64,000 bases of DNA from Terracidiphilus sp. Lineage in GTDB: Bacteria; Acidobacteriota; Terriglobia; Terriglobales; Acidobacteriaceae. Every line of letters starts with the position of its first letter. Positions within the stretch are counted from its first letter, which is position 1. The DNA is taken from positions 2,760 to 66,759 of the forward strand of contig DATFSO010000150.1 of NCBI GenBank assembly GCA_035262585.1, given 5' to 3'. The notes under the pieces are model-generated. The model did not search any database and was not told where the DNA came from. It was given only the letters and a program-made list of their open reading frames with translations. The position numbers and the translations under genes are program-made. Positions 8,852 to 17,566 of this stretch are shown here, in pieces.

Positions 8852-10666
8852 TTAGACCGCCTTGTCGGTCAATTCAGCCCAACGGCGGTACAGACTCTCA
8901 TTCTCCCTCTCGGCCTGGTCCAGCTCTGCCAGGGCCTTCTCGAGCGCCGCCGCGTCGGTTGCGATTGACGGATCTTCAGCCCGCGACCGGGCCGCGGAGA
9001 CCTGCGCATCCGACTCCTCGATCCGTCTCTCAATCGTCGCAAACTCCCGCGCTTCAAGGTAGGACAACTTCTTCTTGGGCCGATTCGCCGTTGCAGAATC
9101 AAGGGTCTTGACCGCCTGATCCCTGACCCTCGATCCCTGATCCCTGTCTCTTGCAAGCGCTTCCATCCACTGCTCCCACTGCGCATAATCGGCGAACTGC
9201 CCGATACGCCCATTTCCATCCAGCCCAAGAACCGTCGACGATACCCGATTCAGAAGATACCGGTCATGTGTCACAAGCACCAGGGCCCCTTCGAACTCCA
9301 GCAAGTTATCCTCCAGGATCTCCAGCGTCGGAATGTCCAGATCGTTCGTCGGCTCATCCAGCAACAGAACATCGGCCGGCTGCAGCATCAACATTGCAAT
9401 TAGAACCCGCGCCCGCTCGCCGCCGCTCAGATTCCGCACTGGCTGGTTCAGCTGTTCCCCGGTAAAAAGAAATCGCGCCGCCCAACTTGCTACATGAACC
9501 GTGCTGCCCTGGTATACCAGTCCATCGCCCTCCGGAGCCAGCGCCCGGCGCAGGGTCAGATTCTCGTCCAACTCCCGCATTTGGCTCAGGTAGACCATCC
9601 GCAGTGCGTCTGCCCTGCGAATGCTTCCCTCCGTTGGTTCCATTTCGCCACGCATCAGCCTCAGCAGGGTGGTTTTGCCGCTTCCGTTCGGTCCCACAAG
9701 TCCGAGCTTCATTCCCGCGGTCAGAACAAAATTGAGTCCGCCAAAAAGCCTGCGGCCCTCGATGTCGCACGCCATATCTTCGAATTCCACGAGCCGCTTC
9801 GTCTTTCGCTGCGTTCCTGCAAAATCGATTCCGGCGGTGTTCACCGCCGTTCGCGAATCCATTGACGCCAGCTGGCTGATCATTTGATTGGCCGCGTCGA
9901 TCCGGGCCTTTGATTTCGTCGTCCGCGCCTTGGGGCCGCGCCGCAGCCACTCGATTTCCGTCCGCACCCGGTTTCGCAGGCTCTCCTGCTGCCTGCTTTG
10001 CGACTCGAGATACGTCTGACGCTCCTCCAGGAACCGGCTGAAATTCCCTCGCACGCGCAACAGCCCCTCGGCGTACAGGCGATTCAGCTCAATGATCTCG
10101 CTGGATGTCGCCTCGAGAAAGTAGCGATCGTGACTTACCGTGACCACCGCGAACGGAGAAGCAGTCAGAAGCTGTTCCAGCCACTCAATCCCAGCCAGGT
10201 CCAGGTGATTCGTCGGTTCATCCAACAGGAGCACATCGGGCTGGCTGACCAACGCCTCCACAATCGCCAGCCGCTTGCGCCATCCACCCGAAAGCCTTGC
10301 CGCCTCTGCGGTGAGATCGGCGAATCCAGCCCGGCCTGCCAGTTCCCGAAGACGTCCTTCGCGCTCCTGTCCGCCAACGTGCTCGGCGGCGAGCGCGGAC
10401 CCCAGCACCTGACCCACGCTCAGGCCTTCTGCGAATCGTGAATCCTGCGGCACATAAGCGGCCCGCGAGCGCTTCCGCACTGCCAGTTCGCCTGCATCCG
10501 GCTCAATGGCCCCTGCAAGGATGGCTAAGAGTGTCGATTTTCCGGCGCCATTTGGCCCGATCAGCCCAATGCGTGCTCCGTCTTCCACCGTGAACGATAT
10601 GTCGCGAAAGAGCGGCGTGGCCCCAAACTGTTTCGTGATCGATTGTGCATTCAGAATCGGCGGCAT
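8852..10666 (-). CDS. uup: ABC-F family ATPase, Uup-like
   Basis: Two ABC domains (GPNGAGKS/LSGGW, GPNGSGKT/LSGGE), DEPTN motifs, C-terminal KKKLSY coiled coil, no TM segments. Confidence 0.9.
   Translation of the reverse strand: MPPILNAQSITKQFGATPLFRDISFTVEDGARIGLIGPNGAGKSTLLAILAGAIEPDAGELAVRKRSRAAYVPQDSRFAEGLSVGQVLGSALAAEHVGGQEREGRLRELAGRAGFADLTAEAARLSGGWRKRLAIVEALVSQPDVLLLDEPTNHLDLAGIEWLEQLLTASPFAVVTVSHDRYFLEATSSEIIELNRLYAEGLLRVRGNFSRFLEERQTYLESQSRQQESLRNRVRTEIEWLRRGPKARTTKSKARIDAANQMISQLASMDSRTAVNTAGIDFAGTQRKTKRLVEFEDMACDIEGRRLFGGLNFVLTAGMKLGLVGPNGSGKTTLLRLMRGEMEPTEGSIRRADALRMVYLSQMRELDENLTLRRALAPEGDGLVYQGSTVHVASWAARFLFTGEQLNQPVRNLSGGERARVLIAMLMLQPADVLLLDEPTNDLDIPTLEILEDNLLEFEGALVLVTHDRYLLNRVSSTVLGLDGNGRIGQFADYAQWEQWMEALARDRDQGSRVRDQAVKTLDSATANRPKKKLSYLEAREFATIERRIEESDAQVSAARSRAEDPSIATDAAALEKALAELDQAERENESLYRRWAELTDKAV
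9115..9149. repeat. Five tandem CCTGATC-type heptamers inside the ABC-F CDS
   Basis: cctgatc cctgacc ctcgatc cctgatc cctgtct; encodes RDRDQGSRVRDQ. Confidence 0.8.
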
Positions 10667-10731
10667 CTCTATTCAGACTAATTTCCTCGGCGCCTCCGAG
10701 GCGACTGGCATCGACCTCGGCGAAATCTTCA

Positions 10732-10759
10732 TTGCACCGTGAAACTCGATCGCTATAAT
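10732..10759 (+). promoter_or_regulatory. Sigma-70-type promoter TTGCAC-16-TATAAT
   Basis: Perfect -10 located 26 nt upstream of ATG 10786. Confidence 0.55.
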
Positions 10760-10785
10760 CCCCCCCGCTTTTTGCGTTCGCCCTT

Positions 10786-11206
10786 ATGATGACGCTCTCC
10801 GCATCTCTCGCGCAGAGTTCGCAAACGGATGAAGCGGCTCTGGACAAGACCGATTCGGCCGTCCGTGCTGCCTTCGCCGCCGGCGACCTCCGAAGGTAAT
10901 CATCATCCAGACGTCGTGAAGGGGCTTTCCCCGGGCGCGCTGGTGGTAGGTCGCGAAGCGGTCGTAAACGGGATTGCCGGCAACCCGAAATCCGCTCACA
11001 TCGAGTTCATCGAATCCAGGATCGAGAGTTCGCTGGCGATGGGAGACGCGGCTGTCCGAATCCTCCACTTCAGCATTCGTGCCACGCCCGTTGCAGGCGG
11101 CCCGGCGTCTTCCTTCGCCGGCCGTTCGATGGTTGTTTACGCACGTTCGAAGCAGAGCCCGACCGGCTGGGTTACGATTCGCGAACTCGTCCAGCCTGCG
11201 AATTGA
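10786..11206 (+). pseudogene. NTF2/SnoaL-like (DUF4440-type) protein split by a frameshift
   Basis: Frame 1 reads MMTLSASLAQSSQTDEAALDKTDSAVRAAFAAGDL and stops at 10897. Frame 2 continues HHPDVVKGLSPGALVVGREAV...GWVTIRELVQPAN. Confidence 0.55.
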
Positions 11207-11246
11207 TCCCATTCTCGGAGATGAGCACCGGGCATACACTGGATTG

Positions 11247-11570
11247 ATGGTGGACTACGAGATTTCCCCAGCCGATGCCGCCGTGCTCTTACGCGAAAGA
11301 AAAACTCGCCTGATTGATGTCCGCGAACCGTGGGAATTCTCCACGGCGCACATCGAGCCCAGTACGCTGATGCCGATGGGCGACGTCCCGGCCCGCGCCC
11401 ACCAGGAACTCGATCCCGACGAGCACCTTACCGTCCTCTGCCATCACGGCCAGCGTTCGCTCAATGTGACTGCATGGCTCCGCAATCAGGGATTCGAAAA
11501 CGTGCAATCGCTCCGCGGCGGGATCGACGCATGGTCGGCCGAAGTGGATCCGAAGGTGCCGAGGTACTAG
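11247..11570 (+). CDS. Rhodanese-like sulfurtransferase
   Basis: LIDVREPWEF, active loop CHHGQRS, LRGGIDAW. Confidence 0.9.
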   Translation: MVDYEISPADAAVLLRERKTRLIDVREPWEFSTAHIEPSTLMPMGDVPARAHQELDPDEHLTVLCHHGQRSLNVTAWLRNQGFENVQSLRGGIDAWSAEVDPKVPRY

Positions 11571-12346
11571 CGGCCAAAGGAGTACGTGAACTGGAAGACT
11601 CCGCTGTCAATGCCCGGATTCACGTTAGCCGTGCCGTGGTTGGAGATGTGGTGGTAGCGATAATCAGCTCGGAACGAACTCGACATCGACCGATAAAACT
11701 CCAGGCCGACTCCAAGATCGAACGTGAAATTGAATGAGCCCGCGTAGTCGATCGGAATTGTCCGCGTGCTGTACATATACCCGCCATGCCCGGTTACGAC
11801 GGGCTGCAGTTTGTGGCGGGGTCGAAAATTCCATTGGATGCCAACCGGAGAGAATGCCTCACCAACTGTCCAGGTTCGTCTGCACGAGTCTGTGAGGGTC
11901 CCGCTATAGGTGACGCCTTCAAATGAATAGGAGAAGTTTACGGTGCCTGATTTACAAGCCATTGTCTGGCGGAAATCCGTTTCAAGCACCAGGGGCGTCG
12001 GCGTCTGCTGGTTGAGCACGTCATGAACCACGGGATCGCTTTCCAATGCTACCGGCAGGAACTCTGCGCTGTACTGCCAAATCGCGATCCTGCCAAGCGT
12101 CAGTCTCCGCCTGTATTCGAGACCGAATCCCAGAAGCTCACGGTTCCGCGCGTATCCAAGCACCATGTGGCTCGAGGTCCCGGAGTACGCAATAAATCCG
12201 CCGAATGTGTTCAATCGCGAGTAAATCGGGTTCGCCGGTTCGGTCTGGGCTATTGCAGGCTGTGCAGACCCTGAAACAACGATTGAGACTACGAGGCAGA
12301 GGCTGCGAACAAGTCTTACCGTGCAGACACCTTCGTGTTTTCGCAA
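11567..12346 (-). CDS. Acyloxyacyl hydrolase / PagL-like outer-membrane beta-barrel (start uncertain)
   Basis: Signal peptide; C-terminal YRYHHISN..NPGID motif; aromatic-rich terminal strand. Confidence 0.75.
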   Translation of the reverse strand: MRKHEGVCTVRLVRSLCLVVSIVVSGSAQPAIAQTEPANPIYSRLNTFGGFIAYSGTSSHMVLGYARNRELLGFGLEYRRRLTLGRIAIWQYSAEFLPVALESDPVVHDVLNQQTPTPLVLETDFRQTMACKSGTVNFSYSFEGVTYSGTLTDSCRRTWTVGEAFSPVGIQWNFRPRHKLQPVVTGHGGYMYSTRTIPIDYAGSFNFTFDLGVGLEFYRSMSSSFRADYRYHHISNHGTANVNPGIDSGVFQFTYSFGR

Positions 12347-12545
12347 GAGAAAGAGCCCTTCGTTCGAATGGACCAGCGAAACCGGAATCGATGCATTCCG
12401 GAGCTACAGTTTTGCGTTGACGCGACCATAAGGGAGCAGCAACCTTCCACGAAACCAGACAGGATACAGTTATTCCGGGTTCGCTCTAAGCATAACGCCT
12501 ATACTTTGTTTGACTGTTACAGCTGCGTTTTGAGGAGCGACAACT

Positions 12546-13916
12546 ATGTCTTCGCCCGCTGTGAGTTTCGCGACCCAGAATCACCCCCGCTCTTTGAGCG
12601 AGCTCAAAGATTTTCTTCGCATTCCTTCCATCTCGACGCTGCCCGAGCACAAGGATGATTGCCGCCGCGCGGCCGAGTTTATCGTCGCCGAACTCAAGCG
12701 CATTGGCATGGAGAACATTCGCCTCATCGAGACGCAGGGGCATCCACTGGTCTACGCCGACTGGCTTCACGCCGCAGGAAAGCCCACCGTGCTCATCTAC
12801 GGTCACTACGATGTGCAGCCCACCGATCCCATCGATGAGTGGCTCTCGCCGCCGTTCGAGCCCACCGAACGCAACGGCAATCTATACGCGCGCGGCGCCG
12901 TCGACGATAAGGGCCAGGTCTGGATGCAGCTCAAAGCCCTCGACGCGCTGCTTTCCTCCGACAAGGCGCTTCCGCTCAATGTCCGCATCCTCTTCGAAGG
13001 CGAAGAAGAAGTGGGAGGGGAGGGAATTGCTGGCTATGTAGCATCGAAGCCCGACAACCTCAAGGCCAACTTCGCTCTTATCTCCGATACGGAGCTTTTC
13101 GCCCCAGGCCTGCCCACTTTGTGCGTCGGCCTGCGCGGCATGATCTACACAGAGATCGAAGTGCGGGGTGCAAAGACCGATCTCCACTCGGGCATGTATG
13201 GCGGTGCCGCGCCCAATCCCTTTGTCGCGCTCGCGCAGGTTATCGCGCGTCTCAAGGACGAGAATGGGCATATTCTCATCCCCGGCTTCTACGACGACAT
13301 CGTTCCGCCCAGTCCCGAAGAACTCGACGCATGGCGCAGCCTGCCCTTCGATGAAGACCAATACCGCATCAACGAGGTTGGCTCCCACAAGCTTGTTGGC
13401 GAATCCGGCTACAGCGTGCTCGAGCGCACCTGGGCTCGCCCCACGCTCGACGTGCACGGCATGCCCGGTGGTTTCACCGGCGCCGGCGCAAAGACGGTCA
13501 TTCCAGCCAAGGCGCTCGCCAAGGTTTCCATGCGCCTAGTTCCCGGGATGACTCCCGCGAAGTCGTTCGCACAATACAAGAGCTATGTCGAGAAGATCGC
13601 GGCGGACTGCGTCGATGTTGACGTGCGCCTGATTCATTCCGGCGACCCTTGTCTGATTCCGGTGAATAACAGGTACGTTCAGGCCGCCACGCGCGCGCTC
13701 CATGAAGTGTGGGGCAAGGACACGGTCTTCATTCGCTCCGGCGGATCGATTCCGATCGTCGGAGACTTCGATCGCCACCTCGGTCTGCCCAGTGTCATGA
13801 TGGGTTTCGGACTTCCCGACGATAATCTTCACGCCCCGAATGAAAAGTTCAATCTGAAGAACTTCGAGCTTGGTATTCGTTCGCTCATCCGATTTCTTGA
13901 GGAGGCGGGCCGTTGA
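12546..13916 (+). CDS. M20/M25/M40 family dipeptidase
   Basis: YGHYDVQP, RGAVDDKGQ, EGEEEVGG, HAPNEKF. Confidence 0.93.
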   Translation: MSSPAVSFATQNHPRSLSELKDFLRIPSISTLPEHKDDCRRAAEFIVAELKRIGMENIRLIETQGHPLVYADWLHAAGKPTVLIYGHYDVQPTDPIDEWLSPPFEPTERNGNLYARGAVDDKGQVWMQLKALDALLSSDKALPLNVRILFEGEEEVGGEGIAGYVASKPDNLKANFALISDTELFAPGLPTLCVGLRGMIYTEIEVRGAKTDLHSGMYGGAAPNPFVALAQVIARLKDENGHILIPGFYDDIVPPSPEELDAWRSLPFDEDQYRINEVGSHKLVGESGYSVLERTWARPTLDVHGMPGGFTGAGAKTVIPAKALAKVSMRLVPGMTPAKSFAQYKSYVEKIAADCVDVDVRLIHSGDPCLIPVNNRYVQAATRALHEVWGKDTVFIRSGGSIPIVGDFDRHLGLPSVMMGFGLPDDNLHAPNEKFNLKNFELGIRSLIRFLEEAGR

Positions 13917-14575
13917 GCCTGCCGCAGCACGAGCCTGCAATCGAAACCGTCGATGCCTTCGTCCTGACCGGCGGCAAGTCCAGCCGCATGGGAACGGATA
14001 AATCGCGTCTGAAACTCAAAGGCCAACCCCTCATCCAGCACGCGCTCAACATCCTCCGCAGGGGCGGATTCAACCCGCGAATCTCCGGTCGCGCCGATCT
14101 CTCGCAATTTGCACCCGTCGTTCCCGATCGCGAGCCTTTAGCCGGTCTCGGCCCGCTGGCTGGCATCTGTGCTGCTTTGTCGGCCTCAGATGCCGGTTAC
14201 GCCGTCTTCCTCCCCGTCGATGTGCCGCTGATCCCCGCAGCACTTGTCAATTACCTCCATCACTACGCAGCGATCACGCAGTCCGCCGTTACCGTCGCAT
14301 CCGTTGCAGGCTTCATCCAGACATTTCCAGCGGTCATTGTTGGTGCCGCCGCTCCGGCGCTTCAGGTTGCGCTTGGTTCCGGCGATCGAAACTGCCTGAA
14401 GGCCTTTCGCGCCGCATCGAACGCGCTCTCGAAACCCTTTTCGGCCTTGCCGCTCGAACTGCTTATTCAGGCCGGTCAGATCTGGCATCCGGCCGGACTT
14501 CCCGCCTACGCATGGTTTCACAACATCAACTCGCGTCATGACTTTGCCTACGCCGAGGCCCTGATAACCGGATAG
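13913..14575 (+). CDS. mobA: Molybdenum cofactor guanylyltransferase
   Basis: LTGGKSSRMGTDK, GPLAGI, PVDVP, NIN motifs. Confidence 0.88.
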   Translation: MSLPQHEPAIETVDAFVLTGGKSSRMGTDKSRLKLKGQPLIQHALNILRRGGFNPRISGRADLSQFAPVVPDREPLAGLGPLAGICAALSASDAGYAVFLPVDVPLIPAALVNYLHHYAAITQSAVTVASVAGFIQTFPAVIVGAAAPALQVALGSGDRNCLKAFRAASNALSKPFSALPLELLIQAGQIWHPAGLPAYAWFHNINSRHDFAYAEALITG

Positions 14576-14599
14576 CCCCAACTCAGGTAAGCTGATGAC

Positions 14600-15490
14600 G
14601 TGGCTAGGCACGACCCCAATCTAGAACGAAGATCCGAGCAAGCGAATTCGGAGCTGGGAGAAGTCCCCGAAATCCCAAGCGATATTCTTGCCGACATCGC
14701 CGGGGACAAGCCTGCGTTGGCGGACGAAGAACCTACGGATTGGCCTCTGATCTCCTTCAGGCACGTTTCGATGTGGTTTGGCGATCGCAGGATTCTCAAC
14801 GACGTCAGCTTTGCCGTCAATCGCGGCGAGACCCTTTGCATCCTCGGCCGCAGCGGCGTCGGCAAATCCGTTGCCCTGCGCATCCTGATGGGCTTTCTCA
14901 AGCCGCAGGTCGGGTCCATTCGCGTCGATGGCCAGGAGATCAACGGATATACCGAAGAAGAGATGAACAATGTGCGCAAGCGCATCACCATGGTCTTCCA
15001 GAACGGTGCGCTTTTCGACTCGCTGACCGTCCGGGAGAACGTTGCGTTTCCGCTTCGCGAACGGGGCGGTCAGGAGGAAGACCAGATCCTGAAGGTTGTC
15101 GACCGTCTTCTCGAGCTGGTTGGCGCCGATGACGCAGCCGACTCGCTGCCGGCCAGCTTGTCGACTGGCCGCAAGCGCGCCGTCGCCATTGCGCGAGCAT
15201 TAGCCTCGCAGCCGGAGGTTGTTCTCTACGACGAGCCAACCACGATGGTTGATCCCCTCATCGCTCGTAGGCTCGGCGGCCTGATTCAGCGCCTCAAACA
15301 GCAGCTCGGATTCACCGCAATTGTGGTCACGCACGACATGCGGTTTGCCGAGCGCCTTGCCGACACGGTCCTCTTTTTGCATGAAGGTCGCGCGGCGTTC
15401 TTCGGACCATTGAAGGGCTTTCTTGCCTCCCCTAATCCAAATATCCAGCAGTTTCTATCCCTGGATGCTTACGTATTACCTTCGGTATAG
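14600..15490 (+). CDS. ABC transporter ATP-binding protein, MlaF/Mkl-like, with an acidic N-terminal extension
   Basis: GRSGVGKS, VFQNGALFDSLTVRENVAFPL, YDEPT, VVTHD. Confidence 0.88.
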   Translation: MARHDPNLERRSEQANSELGEVPEIPSDILADIAGDKPALADEEPTDWPLISFRHVSMWFGDRRILNDVSFAVNRGETLCILGRSGVGKSVALRILMGFLKPQVGSIRVDGQEINGYTEEEMNNVRKRITMVFQNGALFDSLTVRENVAFPLRERGGQEEDQILKVVDRLLELVGADDAADSLPASLSTGRKRAVAIARALASQPEVVLYDEPTTMVDPLIARRLGGLIQRLKQQLGFTAIVVTHDMRFAERLADTVLFLHEGRAAFFGPLKGFLASPNPNIQQFLSLDAYVLPSV

Positions 15491-16022
15491 TCCCAATGCG
15501 GAGAGGTATCGACTTTATAACCGAAATGTTGGAAAATCTCCTTGAAGGCGGTGTGCCTGCAGGTCAAGCTGAATAAAGTGCAAGCGCAGCAAGAGGGTTC
15601 AAACCGGCACATCGCTGACTTCCTTTTGCAGAAACGCGCTCACTTACATCTGCTTTCGTTATCCGCATAATCTGCGGAATGCAAATCGGCCTTGGCAACT
15701 TCGTATCCATTTCCGGGTTTATGGAGTGGTGGGCCCTGCCTGAAACAGCCTGAAACAGAAACATAAGTACTTTAGGGTCATGAAGCTGGCGGGAATAACA
15801 AATCCCGCCAAACACGAACCGAAGAACTGAAGCTCTGTTAGTCCCAGTCGAACCGAACAGAAACAAGCCGTAAGCAACCTTCCATAGGGTTATCGCTTCG
15901 AATCGAGCGAACTGCTCGTTTCTCCATAGCTCTCTGCTCCTCGGGCATTCAGCGAGGAAGCGTCCCCGTTTTCGGTCGTTAGTTGTCGTAGCTCTTGAAC
16001 TTCTGAGGCCCTCGGAACGCAT

Positions 16023-17537
16023 ATGGCAACATCGGAATTCTGGCAAAACGCCTCCGCTTCAGCGGCCGTGCATGATTGGGCCCCGGACGCCACAGAAGCC
16101 CCCCCTCGAAGCTCCCAGGCCAAGGTCACGCTTTGGATGTTCGTCGATTTCCTGACCATCCTGATCTCCGCCATCGTTGCCACGATCTATGAGCGCCACA
16201 CGACTCCTGTTCTGGGAGCCAGAGCCTTTTATAACGGCACGCTCTTCAATGGTCGTTCGATGTGGATACTGCTCGCTCTCCTCTGCGGATTTGCCATAGC
16301 CCTCGTCGTCACCAGCCGGCGTATGCACCTCTACACGCCGACCCGCCTTGGCTCCTTCCTTCATGAACAGCGCCTGACCGTCCAGGTCTGCTTCACTTCG
16401 GGACTCTTGCTTACCGGAACTCTTTACCTGGTGCGAGCCGAAGATATCCCACGTCGTGTGGTCATCGTGACGCTGATTCTGGTTACGGCCTCACTGTGCC
16501 TGCGCCGTCTCATCTATCGCACCGTCATGTACCGGAGATTTGAGCGTGGGCAGGATACCCGGAATGTACTGATCGTGGGCACGGGACCGGAGGCGCACGC
16601 TCTGCGTCATCACCTCGAGAGCATCCGTCATCTCGGATATACGTTCAAAGGCTTCATCGAATTCCCCGGTTCGACCTCCCGCATGATCTCCTCCAGCGGC
16701 GACGTTGTTGGCACCTTCGACGGTCTCTTCCAGCTTGCGCGCAAGCAGTTTATCGACGAGATATTCTTCACTACGCCGTGCGAACGCGGAATTATCCAGG
16801 ACGTGCTCGAGAAATCCCGAATGCACGGTATAGACCTTCGCGTCGTACCCGATCTCTATGACGGCATCGCCTGGAACAGCCCCATCGAATACATCGGTCA
16901 ATTCCCGACCATCCCGCTCCATCGCGGCAGTGTTCCCGAACTTGGCTACCTGCTGAAGCGCGTCATCGATGTTGTTTTCTCCGGCCTGACGCTGGTGCTG
17001 CTTTCGCCCCTGCTGCTGCTTATCGCCCTCGCCATCAAGCTTGAGTCCAAAGGGCCGGTTGTCTACGCCTCCGAGCGCATCGGCAAGAAGGGCCGCGTCT
17101 TCCGTTGCTACAAGTTCCGCACCATGGTGAAGGATGCCGAAACTCGCCGCGCAGAAATCATGCACATGAACGAGCGCGACGGCATTCTCTTCAAGATCAC
17201 GAACGACCCGCGGATAACCCGGATGGGGCGGCTCCTGCGCAAGTACTCGCTCGATGAGCTGCCGCAGTTCTTCAACGTCCTTCGCGGCGACATGAGCGTT
17301 GTCGGCCCGCGTCCGCCCATCGCAAGCGAGGTCATGGAGTACAAGCTCAGCCACCTTCGCCGGCTCGATGTCATGCCGGGCATTACGGGACTGTGGCAAG
17401 TTCAGGGACGCAAGGATCCCTCCTTTGACAGCTACGTATCGCTCGACGTCACCTATATCGAAAACTGGAACATCTGGCTCGATCTTAAGATCATCGTCCG
17501 CACCGTCGGTGTCGTCTTCTCCGGCACCGGCACATAG
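16023..17537 (+). CDS. Undecaprenyl-phosphate sugar phosphotransferase (WcaJ/EpsB-type priming glycosyltransferase)
   Basis: TM N-terminus; KFRTM, DPRITRMG..LRKYSLDELPQF, PGITGLWQV. Confidence 0.93.
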   Translation: MATSEFWQNASASAAVHDWAPDATEAPPRSSQAKVTLWMFVDFLTILISAIVATIYERHTTPVLGARAFYNGTLFNGRSMWILLALLCGFAIALVVTSRRMHLYTPTRLGSFLHEQRLTVQVCFTSGLLLTGTLYLVRAEDIPRRVVIVTLILVTASLCLRRLIYRTVMYRRFERGQDTRNVLIVGTGPEAHALRHHLESIRHLGYTFKGFIEFPGSTSRMISSSGDVVGTFDGLFQLARKQFIDEIFFTTPCERGIIQDVLEKSRMHGIDLRVVPDLYDGIAWNSPIEYIGQFPTIPLHRGSVPELGYLLKRVIDVVFSGLTLVLLSPLLLLIALAIKLESKGPVVYASERIGKKGRVFRCYKFRTMVKDAETRRAEIMHMNERDGILFKITNDPRITRMGRLLRKYSLDELPQFFNVLRGDMSVVGPRPPIASEVMEYKLSHLRRLDVMPGITGLWQVQGRKDPSFDSYVSLDVTYIENWNIWLDLKIIVRTVGVVFSGTGT

Positions 17538-17566
17538 AAACCTGCCGGTTGCTTTAAACTTGAAGT

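Noticed and set aside
16491-17399. Long antisense ORFs in the track (also 19308-20318, 29150-30145, 55154-56350, 60343-61338, 62647-63579, 51865-52596)
   Set aside because: Shadows of well-supported genes in GC-rich DNA, with no motifs or RBS.
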